Positions 16,323-25,510 of a DNA stretch of 39,592 nucleotides are shown here, one piece after another. How positions within the stretch are numbered: position 1 is the first letter of the stretch; each line of letters starts with the position of its first letter. The notes beneath the pieces are model-generated. The model was given only the letters and a program-made list of their open reading frames with translations, ran no database searches and had not been told where the DNA came from. The DNA lies in contig JANNQE010000485.1 in NCBI GenBank assembly GCA_031441625.1, forward strand, positions 1 to 39,592, read 5' to 3'. Made by a program: the position numbers and the translations under genes. This stretch comes from Planctomycetia bacterium. Lineage in GTDB: Bacteria > Planctomycetota > Planctomycetia > Gemmatales > Gemmataceae.

Positions 16323-17449
16323 GGCAACTCCCCATTCAGGATGCGACGGTACGCCGCGGCAATAGTGCCGGCGTGATTCGCCCAACTGTACCGGCTCGCC
16401 CAGGCGATGCGAGGCGTGAGGTCGACGAGCGGGTGGTTCAACAACTCCTGGACGGCTTCGGACCACGCCGGCACGTCGCCCACCGCGCGATACGTCACCA
16501 CCTCGCCGCCCACTTCGCAGAGCGCCGGCAGGTCGCTGGCGACCACCGCCGCCCCGCACGCGAGTGCCTCGATCACCGGCAGGCCGAACCCCTCGGCTTC
16601 GCTCGGCACCAGCACCACGGGCGCCCGCCGATACACCTCGGCGAGTTCGGTTCGGCTGACGCCGGACTTATGTAGGACGGCGTTGTTCAGCCCGAGACGG
16701 TTCAACTGCTCGCGGTGCCCGGCCGTCCACTCGCCGCCCACCTTCACCAGCGTCAGTTCCGGCACCGTCCGCCTCACCTCAGCCACCACGTCGAGCAGCA
16801 CGTCGATCCGCTTCCGCGGGATGCAACTGCCGACGTGCATCACCCACGGCCGGCCGGCGAGGTCGTCGAGCCACGGAACAGGAACTTCGGGATTCGCACG
16901 CGGGGTGAACTCGGCGGCCACGCCATACGGTGCGGACACCAGCTTCGCCGGATCGACGAGACCGTACCGCTTCAACTCGTCGCCCACTGCGGTCGTGCTG
17001 TGAAACACCACCGCCGCTTTCTGTAGGCCTGCAAGTGTGCGACGGGCGAGTCGGCGGAACCACCTCGGCCGCGGGTCACGGGGCGGGTCGAGCAGACAAC
17101 GGAAGGCATCGAGGTCGTGGCAGTACACGCCGGTACGTGCGGCCGGCAGCGCGTGCACGAGTTGGGCGTAGGAGTGATCGACGACGTGAAACAGTTCGAA
17201 CCGATTCGCTTCACTCCGAGCGTACTTCGGAAACGTGACGAACCGATTCAGCAGCCGGTCGGCGTTGAACGCGGCGTTCCGCTTCCCCAGCGTCGGCAAC
17301 CGGGTGAAGACGCGACGAAACGGCGGACAGACGCGCTCGGCGGACACATCGCCGGGCAGATGTGCCGTCAGCATGTCCGCGCACAGGTCCATGCTCGGCC
17401 ACCCTTCGGCCGGGAAGTCGGGCAGCACGGCGAGGCGGGCGGGAATCAC
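16304..17449 (-). CDS. Glycosyltransferase family 4 (GT-B)
   Basis: Start re-called at GTG 17449 (VIPARLAVLPDF), forming a GTGA overlap with the SET gene stop. The signature is PSEAEGFGLPVIEALACGAAVVASD. Confidence 0.8.
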   Translation of the reverse strand: MIPARLAVLPDFPAEGWPSMDLCADMLTAHLPGDVSAERVCPPFRRVFTRLPTLGKRNAAFNADRLLNRFVTFPKYARSEANRFELFHVVDHSYAQLVHALPAARTGVYCHDLDAFRCLLDPPRDPRPRWFRRLARRTLAGLQKAAVVFHSTTAVGDELKRYGLVDPAKLVSAPYGVAAEFTPRANPEVPVPWLDDLAGRPWVMHVGSCIPRKRIDVLLDVVAEVRRTVPELTLVKVGGEWTAGHREQLNRLGLNNAVLHKSGVSRTELAEVYRRAPVVLVPSEAEGFGLPVIEALACGAAVVASDLPALCEVGGEVVTYRAVGDVPAWSEAVQELLNHPLVDLTPRIAWASRYSWANHAGTIAAAYRRILNGELPCGSSS

Positions 17450-17844
17450 TGCGTCTCCAGCGTGCCGTAGTCGATGGTCAGTTCCTCGCCGGCGGTCACG
17501 GCGCGGGTCGTCTCGTAGTAGTCGCCGCCGTCGAGTTGCCGCAGGTTCGGCGCGTCGGCGTGGTTCAGGTACGTCACCACGTCCACCACGCGGAAGCCGT
17601 GCGGCGGCAGGTAGTACACGCCGGCGTCCCACAGGCAGTAGGTTTCCACCAGCTTGCGGGCGTGCGGCGGCAACGCGGTCACGTCGGCTTCGGGCACCGG
17701 CACCCACGGCCGCGGCGGGGCGAACAGGTCTCGCGTGCCGGCCGGGATGTCCGTCAGGGCGAACACGCCGATGCCGTGCACGGGCGACGGGGCAAGCCCG
17801 ACGCGGGTGGTGGTGAGGTCGGCGAGGAGGGTGTCGGCGGTCAT
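17446..17844 (-). CDS. Minimal SET-domain protein (putative protein-lysine methyltransferase), 132 aa
   Basis: Start re-called at ATG 17844 (MTADTLL). SET motifs are present: HGIGVFALTDIPAGT, YLNHADAPN (NHSxxPN-like) and GEELTIDYG (ELxxDY). Confidence 0.8.
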   Translation of the reverse strand: MTADTLLADLTTTRVGLAPSPVHGIGVFALTDIPAGTRDLFAPPRPWVPVPEADVTALPPHARKLVETYCLWDAGVYYLPPHGFRVVDVVTYLNHADAPNLRQLDGGDYYETTRAVTAGEELTIDYGTLETQ

Positions 17845-17885
17845 GTCGCAAGGTGTACGATCCACCCGCCGATCAGTCCACCGGG

Positions 17886-18968
17886 TCACGACCGGGTCAG
17901 CACGCGGGCGAGGACATCGCCCACCCGCGGGGCGAGTGAGTCGTATTCGAAATGCCGCCGTGCCATCGCGACACACTCCGGGCGGTGAGAGAAATCGGTG
18001 CCCCGTTGCACCAGTTCCACCACCCGTTCGGCCAGCCTCGTCGGGTACTCGGGGTCGGTTTCCCCCCGAAATTCGACCAGCATCGGCGGGGGCAGGATGC
18101 GGGCCGCTTCGCCCACACGGCTGGCGAGCACGAACCGCCCGGCGGCCAGGTAGAGCGGTAGTTTGCCGGTCGTCCGCACGTTCCCGATCACGTCGTTCGA
18201 TTGCGTGGAGAGGGCGATGTCGATCTCACGCAGACGGGCCGGCAGGTCGGAGTACGACACACGCCCGGCAAACTCGATGAGGTCAGAAACGCCCGCCTCG
18301 GCCGCTCGCCGTTTGAGGATGTCGATCCCACTCCCGTCGCCGATCATCACCCCGCGGACCGGAAACCGCCCCTTCAACGCGCCGAGCAGTTCGACCAGTT
18401 CCAGGCCGTAGCAACTTTGCCGGCTCGATACCCACACCGAGCTGCCGACCACGCCAATGGTCAGCGGACGAGTGGTTTTCAAGGGTGGAGTCGCGGGTGC
18501 GAACCGATCCACGGAGACCCCGTCCGGGATGAAGGTGGCGTTTACACCGCGACGGCGGAGCAGTTCACGGTGCAGGCTGCCGCGGACGACCACCGCCGAC
18601 GCCGCACGGAGGGCGTACGCTTCCACCGCGCGGGTGGCGGTCATTCCCACCACCCCGCGGCCGAGCACCCGGCCGAGTTCGACCACCGCGTCGCCGGTGT
18701 CCAACACGAACGGCGTCCCCAGGGCGTGCTTCACCACCCCGGCCGCGACCACGCCCGCCGCGGCGAGGTCGAGGACGTAACACACGGCGGGGCGGAGGGC
18801 GGACAACTCCCACACCATCCCGCCGAGTGCCCGCGCTCCCCGGTCTGGGCGGAACACGAACCGGCAATCGAACCGGCCGGCCAGCCGGGACGCGAACGCG
18901 GCGGCCCGCTCGCCCATCGCTGAGGCCGGGCCGCCGTTCACCACGAACGCCACCCGCGGGCGGGTCAT
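17886..18968 (-). CDS. Glycosyltransferase (GT-B fold, GT1/GT4-like)
   Basis: Start re-called at ATG 18968 (MTRPRVAFVVNGG), forming an ATGA overlap with the upstream stop. It has a two-Rossmann-like layout. The signature is weaker than in its neighbours. Confidence 0.6.
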   Translation of the reverse strand: MTRPRVAFVVNGGPASAMGERAAAFASRLAGRFDCRFVFRPDRGARALGGMVWELSALRPAVCYVLDLAAAGVVAAGVVKHALGTPFVLDTGDAVVELGRVLGRGVVGMTATRAVEAYALRAASAVVVRGSLHRELLRRRGVNATFIPDGVSVDRFAPATPPLKTTRPLTIGVVGSSVWVSSRQSCYGLELVELLGALKGRFPVRGVMIGDGSGIDILKRRAAEAGVSDLIEFAGRVSYSDLPARLREIDIALSTQSNDVIGNVRTTGKLPLYLAAGRFVLASRVGEAARILPPPMLVEFRGETDPEYPTRLAERVVELVQRGTDFSHRPECVAMARRHFEYDSLAPRVGDVLARVLTRS

Positions 18969-20098
18969 CGCCGGCCCTCGGCGGCCAGTTGGCGGTACAC
19001 GGCCATCGTCTCTTCCGCCGTGCGGTCCCAGGTGAACGGTTCCACCCGCCGGCGGGCGGCGCAGCCCACGGCCTCCCGCACGCTCGGGCTGTCGCGCAGA
19101 GTGGCGAGGTGGGCTGCGAGGGACTGTACGTCCCACGGCTCATCGGTCACGAAGCCGTCCACGCCGGGGGTGATGAGTTCGGCCGCCCCCGCCGCCCGGC
19201 TGGTGACGACGGGCAACCCGCTCGCCATCGCCTCCGTCACGACCAGCCCGAACGAGTCGTACACGGTGGGGAACAGCAGCACGTCGACGGCGGCGAAGAA
19301 GCGTTCGATCTGCTTCGTGTGCGGATGGAACTGCACCCGATCCGCCACGCCCGTTTCGTCCGCCACCCGCCGCACGTCGGTCGCGTCCGACCCGCTGACG
19401 ACGAGCAGCCGAACGCCGGGGGTCGCCGCCACCGCCCGCACCGCCGCCGCCGCACCCTTCTTCAGGTCGCCCACGTACAACGCGACGAACTCGCCGGTCG
19501 GAGTGCCGAGTTCGGATCGCACCGCCGCACGGTATCGGTCACGGTTGTCCGGGTGGAAGCGGTCCACGTCGGTCCCGTGGTACACCACCTCCACGCCCGC
19601 CGTGCGGCCATAGTGCTCGGCCAGGTTCGCCCGGATGAGGTGCGAGACGGCGATCACCCGCCGGGTCTGCGGCTGGCAAAGGGCCTGCTTTTCCAGGCGC
19701 GAGACCAGCGGGCGCGTGAGTCGCTGCTTCCACCCCGGCGGCATCCCGTGGCGGGTGAGTGCGGCGTCCCACGCCGGCTGACAGAAGTGCGCCGTCGCCA
19801 GGTTGTGCCGCAGCCCGCACAGCCCCTGGGCGTGAACGATGTCGAACCGCCCGCGGACGGCCAGCGTACCCGGCACGACGAACGACATGATGGACGCCAG
19901 CGCGTTCGGCCGCCACGCCGGGACGTGGTGGAACGTGATGCCGGCCGTGTCCGGGTCGTCCACCGTGTTCGTGAACACGTGAACGTCGTGTTCGGCCCGG
20001 TAGCGACGAGCCAGTTCGACGACGTACCGGCTGTGCCCGCCGTGGCGGTGGTAGTCGTGGACGACGAACGCGACCTTCAGCCGACCGGAGGGGGTCAT
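18965..20098 (-). CDS. Glycosyltransferase family 4
   Basis: Start re-called at ATG 20098 (MTPSGRLKVAFVVHDYHRHGGHSRY), an ATGA overlap. The signature is PTVYDSFGLVVTEAMASGLPVVTS. Confidence 0.8.
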   Translation of the reverse strand: MTPSGRLKVAFVVHDYHRHGGHSRYVVELARRYRAEHDVHVFTNTVDDPDTAGITFHHVPAWRPNALASIMSFVVPGTLAVRGRFDIVHAQGLCGLRHNLATAHFCQPAWDAALTRHGMPPGWKQRLTRPLVSRLEKQALCQPQTRRVIAVSHLIRANLAEHYGRTAGVEVVYHGTDVDRFHPDNRDRYRAAVRSELGTPTGEFVALYVGDLKKGAAAAVRAVAATPGVRLLVVSGSDATDVRRVADETGVADRVQFHPHTKQIERFFAAVDVLLFPTVYDSFGLVVTEAMASGLPVVTSRAAGAAELITPGVDGFVTDEPWDVQSLAAHLATLRDSPSVREAVGCAARRRVEPFTWDRTAEETMAVYRQLAAEGRR

Positions 20099-21216
20099 CC
20101 GCCGCCCTCCGCCCGTAGGGTCGCAACGAGCCGCTCCAGGGCGAACCGTTCGGCGTACCACCGCCGGCCGGCCTCGCCGAGTGCGGTTCGCTCGGCGGGT
20201 GAGAGTGCCAGCGCCCTTTCCACCGCGGCGATCAGGGCGGGTGCGGACGGTGTCGGGGCGAGTGTCACCCCGTTGTCAGCGGTCGCCCACTCGCCTTCGC
20301 TCAGCGCGCCCAGGTTGGTCACGAGTGGCACGCCGAGAGCGAGGGCTGACGTGGCCGAGGTGCGGCGCCCGCTCACCCCGTCGGGGTACGGCTGCACCAT
20401 CAGGTCGCACGCGGCGAGGTGGGCGGCGGTGTCGGCGGCGGGCCGTTCGCCAGTCGCCACCACACGCCCGCTCAACTCCGGATGCGCCGCGTCGAAGCGG
20501 TCGCGGAACTCGGCGCTCCCCCGCCCGATCAGCACCGCCACGCGGTCGGCCGACGCATTCAGCACGCCCACGAGGGTCGGTTCGAGCAGGTCCACAACAA
20601 TCCTGCTGTACGTCCCGAAGTGCCCGACGCGAACGCCGGCCATGAGGACGGCGGGCACCGCATCGGTGGGCAGGTTCGACGGCACCGGCAGCCACTCCGG
20701 GTTGACGCACCGCGGGGCGAGGCGGCGGAGCATCTCGCCCCAGGCGTCGGTGGTGACGAACAGGCGGCGGGCGGAGTTCGCCACCCACCGGGCCATCAAG
20801 CGGGTCACGGCGGCGATCAGGTTGTGCCGGAGCGGGCGGCGGACGAACGGGAACGCCACCTCGTGGAACACGACCCACACCGGGGCGATCCGCCGCAACC
20901 GCCGCACCCACCACGCGAACGGCAGGTTCATGGCTTTCATCCCGAACGCATGGGGCACGTACTGAATCAGCACGCGATCCGGCCGCTCTCGCGCCAGCAC
21001 CTTTTCCACCTCCGCCCGCCCCCGCCGCCCGAAGTGGTCCGGCAGGCGAACCACTGACACCCCGTTGTCACTGACACTCGGGGAGCCGCACGGCGGGGCG
21101 AACACGGTCACGCGGTCGCCGGCGGCGGCCAGCCCACGACACACCTGTCGGGTGTAGTCGGCCACCCCGCCGAACTGCGGCGGGTACTCGCCGGTCAGGA
21201 TCGCCCAGTGGGTCAT
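20095..21216 (-). CDS. Glycosyltransferase (GT-B, GT1/GT4-like)
   Basis: Start re-called at ATG 21216 (MTHWAILTGEYPPQFGGVADYTRQV), an ATGA overlap. The N-terminal GG-loop is typical of GT4-like enzymes. Confidence 0.65.
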   Translation of the reverse strand: MTHWAILTGEYPPQFGGVADYTRQVCRGLAAAGDRVTVFAPPCGSPSVSDNGVSVVRLPDHFGRRGRAEVEKVLARERPDRVLIQYVPHAFGMKAMNLPFAWWVRRLRRIAPVWVVFHEVAFPFVRRPLRHNLIAAVTRLMARWVANSARRLFVTTDAWGEMLRRLAPRCVNPEWLPVPSNLPTDAVPAVLMAGVRVGHFGTYSRIVVDLLEPTLVGVLNASADRVAVLIGRGSAEFRDRFDAAHPELSGRVVATGERPAADTAAHLAACDLMVQPYPDGVSGRRTSATSALALGVPLVTNLGALSEGEWATADNGVTLAPTPSAPALIAAVERALALSPAERTALGEAGRRWYAERFALERLVATLRAEGGG

Positions 21217-22400
21217 ATCCCTACCACCGACTTCAGGAGCGGCACCAACCGATCCACATGCCCCTCGGCGGTGAACCGCCGAGACGCCTCCCACGCGCCC
21301 ACCCGCAGCCGCTGGTGGTGGTCGGCGTCGGCCAGCGCCCGCACGAGCGCGGCGGCCAACTGGTCCGCGGTCGGCCGATCACCGGGGCCCATCTCTCCCG
21401 ACACTCCGGCGGTCAGCCAGTCGGGGATACCGCCGGTGGCGAACGCGACCGCCGGTAGCCCGACACATCCGGCTTCGATGCCCACCAGCCCGAACGGTTC
21501 CGGCCACACGCTCGGCACGGCCAACACGTCCGCGGTTCGCATCTCCGCCATCACGTCGTCGGTCCCCAGCCAGCCGAGGAACTCGCACGGCACGCCGAGG
21601 CGGTTCACTTCCGCCTCAAAGGAACTCCGGTCCGGTCCGTCGCCGGCAACGACCAGTTTCAACGGTCGCCCGAGCCGGGCTGTCGCCGCGGGCATCGCCG
21701 ACACCAATTCCCGCCAGCCCTTGAGTGGTGTCAACCGCCCGACGAACAGCACCCGGTCGGTGCGGGAACGGACGGCCGGCGGGGTCGGGTCGGGTTCCGC
21801 GTGCGGGGGGAAGAGGGGAACCACCTTCACCCGCTCCGCCGGAGCCCCGTTGCGGACGACTTCGGCGGCCATGTGGCGGCTGGCCACGAGGACGGCACGA
21901 TACCGCCCGAGGGTCCGCTGCCGGGAGCGACTGTTCAGGTAGAGTCGCCCGGCCGTCAGCGGGTTCCACCCGCCGCACCTCTTCGGGTAGTACACCGCCA
22001 GACACGCCGGGCCGAGAGGCCGGGCACACGCCTGCCACCCGGCGGCGGCGTGGCATTTGGTCCCGCTCACGCACATCCCGCCGTAGTTGTGGGCGTACCG
22101 CACGGCAGGATACCGGCGGGCGAGGGCGTCGTCGGCCGCGGGGTCGGGCAGGTCGTGGGTGAACACCGCGTCCGGACGGAAACGGTCGGCCGCGGCGACC
22201 GCACTCTCGGGATCAGACACGGGAAACAGCGGCACGTCGGGGCAGTGGTCGAGAATGGTTGTTTGCCCGCTGCCCGCCGGGTGTGCGACTGCAACCGCTA
22301 GTTCGACTCCCCGCTCCCGCAACAGCGGCAGCACCGCCCGCAGGTACGTTTCCACCCCGCCGACAACGTCCGCGTGAGTGGTGGCGACGAGCACCTTCAT
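21213..22400 (-). CDS. Glycosyltransferase family 4
   Basis: Start re-called at ATG 22400 (MKVLVATTHADVVGGVETY), an ATGA overlap. The signature is PSVWPEPFGLVGIEAGCVGLPAVA. Confidence 0.8.
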   Translation of the reverse strand: MKVLVATTHADVVGGVETYLRAVLPLLRERGVELAVAVAHPAGSGQTTILDHCPDVPLFPVSDPESAVAAADRFRPDAVFTHDLPDPAADDALARRYPAVRYAHNYGGMCVSGTKCHAAAGWQACARPLGPACLAVYYPKRCGGWNPLTAGRLYLNSRSRQRTLGRYRAVLVASRHMAAEVVRNGAPAERVKVVPLFPPHAEPDPTPPAVRSRTDRVLFVGRLTPLKGWRELVSAMPAATARLGRPLKLVVAGDGPDRSSFEAEVNRLGVPCEFLGWLGTDDVMAEMRTADVLAVPSVWPEPFGLVGIEAGCVGLPAVAFATGGIPDWLTAGVSGEMGPGDRPTADQLAAALVRALADADHHQRLRVGAWEASRRFTAEGHVDRLVPLLKSVVGI

Positions 22401-23488
22401 ATGTCGGCACCCATGTACGCCGCCAAACACCGCCGCACCACTGCCGGCCAGGTGAACCGCTCCAGCACCCGCACCCGGCCGGCGTCACCCATTCGCCGGG
22501 CATCTTCCTGGTGATCGCGGAGCCATTCCAGCTTCGCCCGCAGTGCCGCCGGGTCGTTCGGTGGGACGACGAACCCGGTCACCCCGTCGGCCACTACTTC
22601 GGGCAGGCTGGCCACGTCCGTCACGACCGCCGCCGCCCCGCAGGCCATCCCTTCGAGTGGCGTTTGCCCCAGAAGTTCCGGCACCCTGGACTCGTTCCCG
22701 TAACAGTCGCGGTAAACGCTCGGGAGCGCCACGCACATCGCCCGGCGATAGGCACGCACCACCTCGGCATCGTCGCAATCCTGTCGGAACACCACCCGCT
22801 TGTCGGTGGCCAGTTTCCGCAACTTGGCGTGGTACGGTTCGGAATATGGACGACCAATGACTTCCAGTTTCAATCCAGGCGGAAGGGCTTCGACTAGCAC
22901 ATCAATCCCTTTGTGCGGCAACAGCCGACCGACGAACACGACGAGCGGCTCGCGTGGCACGTCCGGGTCCGGCGAGAACTTGTCGGTGTCCACCCCGCCG
23001 AGAATCACCCGATGCCGCGGGTCGGCGGTCCCGCCGGCGAGCGCCCGGCTGTACTCGCTGATGTGTAGGTGGCCGTGAAACCAGTCGGCGGTCTTCAACC
23101 GTGCCCCGAGGCACCACCCGCCGCCGCCGAGGTCGGAGGCGAACACTCGCCGCCCGCTCAGCCGGCCGAGCAGGGCGGCCAACTCCGACGCCAGGACGTT
23201 CGTCTGGTGGGCGTGGACCACTTCGGCCGACGCCACCGCACGGACGAGGCCGGGGTGCAGCGGGTTCGATGGCTGCCCGCGAACGGCCCACGCCGGCCCG
23301 AGCACCCGCACCCGCAGCCCGTCGGCGGTGGTGAACCGCTCCGCCCGGTCGCCGAACGACACCAGCGTGGTGGGCACGACACGGGCCATGTGCCGGGCCA
23401 ACTCGAACGCATACCGCTCGCCCCCGCCGTACACCCCACCGCGGCCGAACAGGGCGGGGGTCAAGTGGGTGACACGAGGGCGGTTCAC
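22397..23488 (-). CDS. Glycosyltransferase family 4
   Basis: Start re-called at GTG 23488 (VNRPRVTHLTPALFGRGGVYGGGERY), a GTGA overlap. Supporting motifs are VFVGRLLPHKGID and LLGQTPLEGMACGAAAVVTD. Confidence 0.8.
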   Translation of the reverse strand: MNRPRVTHLTPALFGRGGVYGGGERYAFELARHMARVVPTTLVSFGDRAERFTTADGLRVRVLGPAWAVRGQPSNPLHPGLVRAVASAEVVHAHQTNVLASELAALLGRLSGRRVFASDLGGGGWCLGARLKTADWFHGHLHISEYSRALAGGTADPRHRVILGGVDTDKFSPDPDVPREPLVVFVGRLLPHKGIDVLVEALPPGLKLEVIGRPYSEPYHAKLRKLATDKRVVFRQDCDDAEVVRAYRRAMCVALPSVYRDCYGNESRVPELLGQTPLEGMACGAAAVVTDVASLPEVVADGVTGFVVPPNDPAALRAKLEWLRDHQEDARRMGDAGRVRVLERFTWPAVVRRCLAAYMGADI

Positions 23489-24243
23489 GAACGCCCCCAC
23501 ACACGACGAAGGCGATTCGTGGCGCGAGCGATTAACCCGGTCACCCCGCCGATGGCGTTCTCGGCCCTCAACCGCCAGCGGGGGTACGGGTGGTAGCGGT
23601 TCACGAATCTCTCCAGTTCGGCGGCCGTGTTCTCCAGTCCGTGAACCGTGACCTCGGAGAACCGGAACTCGTTTTCCCAAAACAGCCACGTCACCTTCCG
23701 TTCGTCCGTCAACCGGCGAAAGTAAGACGGCGGCAGGTTGAACCGCGGGTGCGCGTGAATCATGTGGAACTTGGGAATGAACCGGACGGCCGCGGCGATC
23801 TCGTCTGTGTCGATGAGCCAACGATGGTGCGACAGTCCGGCGGTTCGGTTCGACTCCCACCCGCGGCACGTTTCGGCCACCCGTGACGGCACCTCGATGT
23901 ATCCCCTCTTGGCGACCCGAATCATCTCCGTGCACACCCACAGCGGGTCGCGGATGTCTTCGAGCACGTGCGAGCAGATGACGAAATCGATCTCCTTGTC
24001 GCGGAACGGGAGCGGGTCGGCGCAGATGTCGAGTCGGTGCCATGTGTCAGCAGTGAAGTGCTCCACGTCCCCGCCCTGGCTCCCGGGCAGGCCGACCGTC
24101 TTGTAATACCCGCGGGTTTGGTACGGTTCGGCGTCCACCACATGATCCGCCCGGTTGAACGGACACGCCCACCCGCCGATGTCGAGCACCACGTCGGACG
24201 GGCCGACCCGTCGCAGGATTTCGGCTTCATTCGGCGGAAACAT
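23485..24243 (-). CDS. Class I SAM-dependent methyltransferase
   Basis: Start at ATG 24243 (MFPPNEAEIL), with GTG 24249 as an alternative. Motif I is VVLDIGGWACP. A Methyltransf_11-like IDFVICSHVLEDI motif is present. It overlaps the wzt 3' end by 17 nt. Confidence 0.75.
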   Translation of the reverse strand: MFPPNEAEILRRVGPSDVVLDIGGWACPFNRADHVVDAEPYQTRGYYKTVGLPGSQGGDVEHFTADTWHRLDICADPLPFRDKEIDFVICSHVLEDIRDPLWVCTEMIRVAKRGYIEVPSRVAETCRGWESNRTAGLSHHRWLIDTDEIAAAVRFIPKFHMIHAHPRFNLPPSYFRRLTDERKVTWLFWENEFRFSEVTVHGLENTAAELERFVNRYHPYPRWRLRAENAIGGVTGLIARATNRLRRVWGRS

Positions 24244-25507
24244 ACTCACCCCCCCCGTCGAGAGCCCGCACCGCCCAGTCGAACTGGCCGAGGACGGCAC
24301 CGCGCGACATGGCGGCCTCCGGAGCCGGGTGGGGGTACGGCATCACCGGCAGCACCTGGAATTGGCACGCCCGCTCGAACCGATCGACCACCCCCACGTG
24401 CCCGTCCACCATGAACAGGTCGATCGAGTAGTCGCCCGGCTTCAGCCACGGGGCGTGGATGGTCAACTCCCCCTCGGCTTCGCCGTGCGGCAGGTCGAGC
24501 GGGGGGCCGACGAACCGCGAATCGCACTGGCACAGCAGGCCGCCGGCGGCATCGTTCAGGTGCGCGGAGAGGCTCACCCGCGGCGGGTGCGGGGCCACCG
24601 CGCGGACTCGGAAGGTGACCACCTTCGGCTCGTCCGGGCGGTACTGCGTGCGGTCCGGCGCGGCGTGGGTGAACCGCACCTCTCCGCTGCCCGGTCGCCG
24701 GCCGAAGTCATCCGCCTCGCCGGTCGCCGACTCCAGCGACCGATAGTAGTGGGCGACGCCCCCCACCGCCCCTCCCTGGTACTCGATCCGCCCACGAGCA
24801 AACACGCACACCGACGAGCAGAGGGCGGTGATGGACTGCATGTTGTGGCTGACCACCAGCACCGTCCGTCCTCCCTTTGCGACCTCGCCCATCTTGCCGA
24901 GGCACTTCTTCTGGAACTCGGCGTCGCCGACGGCCAGCACCTCGTCCACCACCAGGATTTCCGGCTCCAAGTGCGCCGCCACCGCGAACGCCAGGCGCAC
25001 GTACATGCCACTGCTATATCGCTTGACCGGCGTGTCCAGGAACTTCTCCACCTCCGCGAACGCCACGATTTCATCGAACTTTCGCACGATCTCGGATCGC
25101 CCCATGCCCAGGATCGAGCCGTTCAGGTAGATGTTCTCCCGCCCGGTCAACTCCGGGTGGAAGCCGGTGCCCACCTCCAGCAGGCTGGCCACTCGCCCGT
25201 TCAGCGTCACCCGGCCGGTCGTCGGTTCCGTGATCCGGCTGAGGATCTTCAGCAGCGTGCTCTTGCCCGCCCCGTTCCGCCCGATGATGCCCACCACCTC
25301 GCCCGCGTTCACCTCGAAGGTCACGTCCTTCAGTGCCCAGAACTCCTCGCGGGTCGGGGGCGAGTTCTTCCGCCGGAACAGCCCGAACCCGCTCTTCACC
25401 CCGTCGGCCAGCACGTCCCGGAGCGCGCGATACCGCGGCCCGCCGGCGGAGTGCCGCAGCAGGTACTTCTTGCCCAGTCCTTCGACACGAATGATCGGTT
25501 CGGGCAT
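24227..25507 (-). CDS. wzt: Polysaccharide/O-antigen ABC exporter ATP-binding protein with a C-terminal extension (Wzt-type)
   Basis: Walker A is GIIGRNGAGKSTLLK. The signature YSSGMYVRLAFA is typical of Wzt/TagH. Walker B is ILVVDEVLAVGD. About 180 extra C-terminal residues are consistent with a Wzt_C glycan-binding domain. Confidence 0.9.
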   Translation of the reverse strand: MPEPIIRVEGLGKKYLLRHSAGGPRYRALRDVLADGVKSGFGLFRRKNSPPTREEFWALKDVTFEVNAGEVVGIIGRNGAGKSTLLKILSRITEPTTGRVTLNGRVASLLEVGTGFHPELTGRENIYLNGSILGMGRSEIVRKFDEIVAFAEVEKFLDTPVKRYSSGMYVRLAFAVAAHLEPEILVVDEVLAVGDAEFQKKCLGKMGEVAKGGRTVLVVSHNMQSITALCSSVCVFARGRIEYQGGAVGGVAHYYRSLESATGEADDFGRRPGSGEVRFTHAAPDRTQYRPDEPKVVTFRVRAVAPHPPRVSLSAHLNDAAGGLLCQCDSRFVGPPLDLPHGEAEGELTIHAPWLKPGDYSIDLFMVDGHVGVVDRFERACQFQVLPVMPYPHPAPEAAMSRGAVLGQFDWAVRALDGGGEYVSAE

Positions 25508-25510
25508 GGG

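Noticed and set aside
17886-19136. N-terminal extensions of many glycosyltransferase ORFs in the track, for example 416 aa versus my 360 aa. The same applies to 16304-17851, 15096-16559, 22397-24043 and others.
   Set aside because: The extensions are Arg/Pro/Gly-rich and overlap the 3' end of the upstream gene by hundreds of nt. In each case an in-frame ATG or GTG forming an ATGA/GTGA junction with the upstream stop begins the conserved GT N-terminus.
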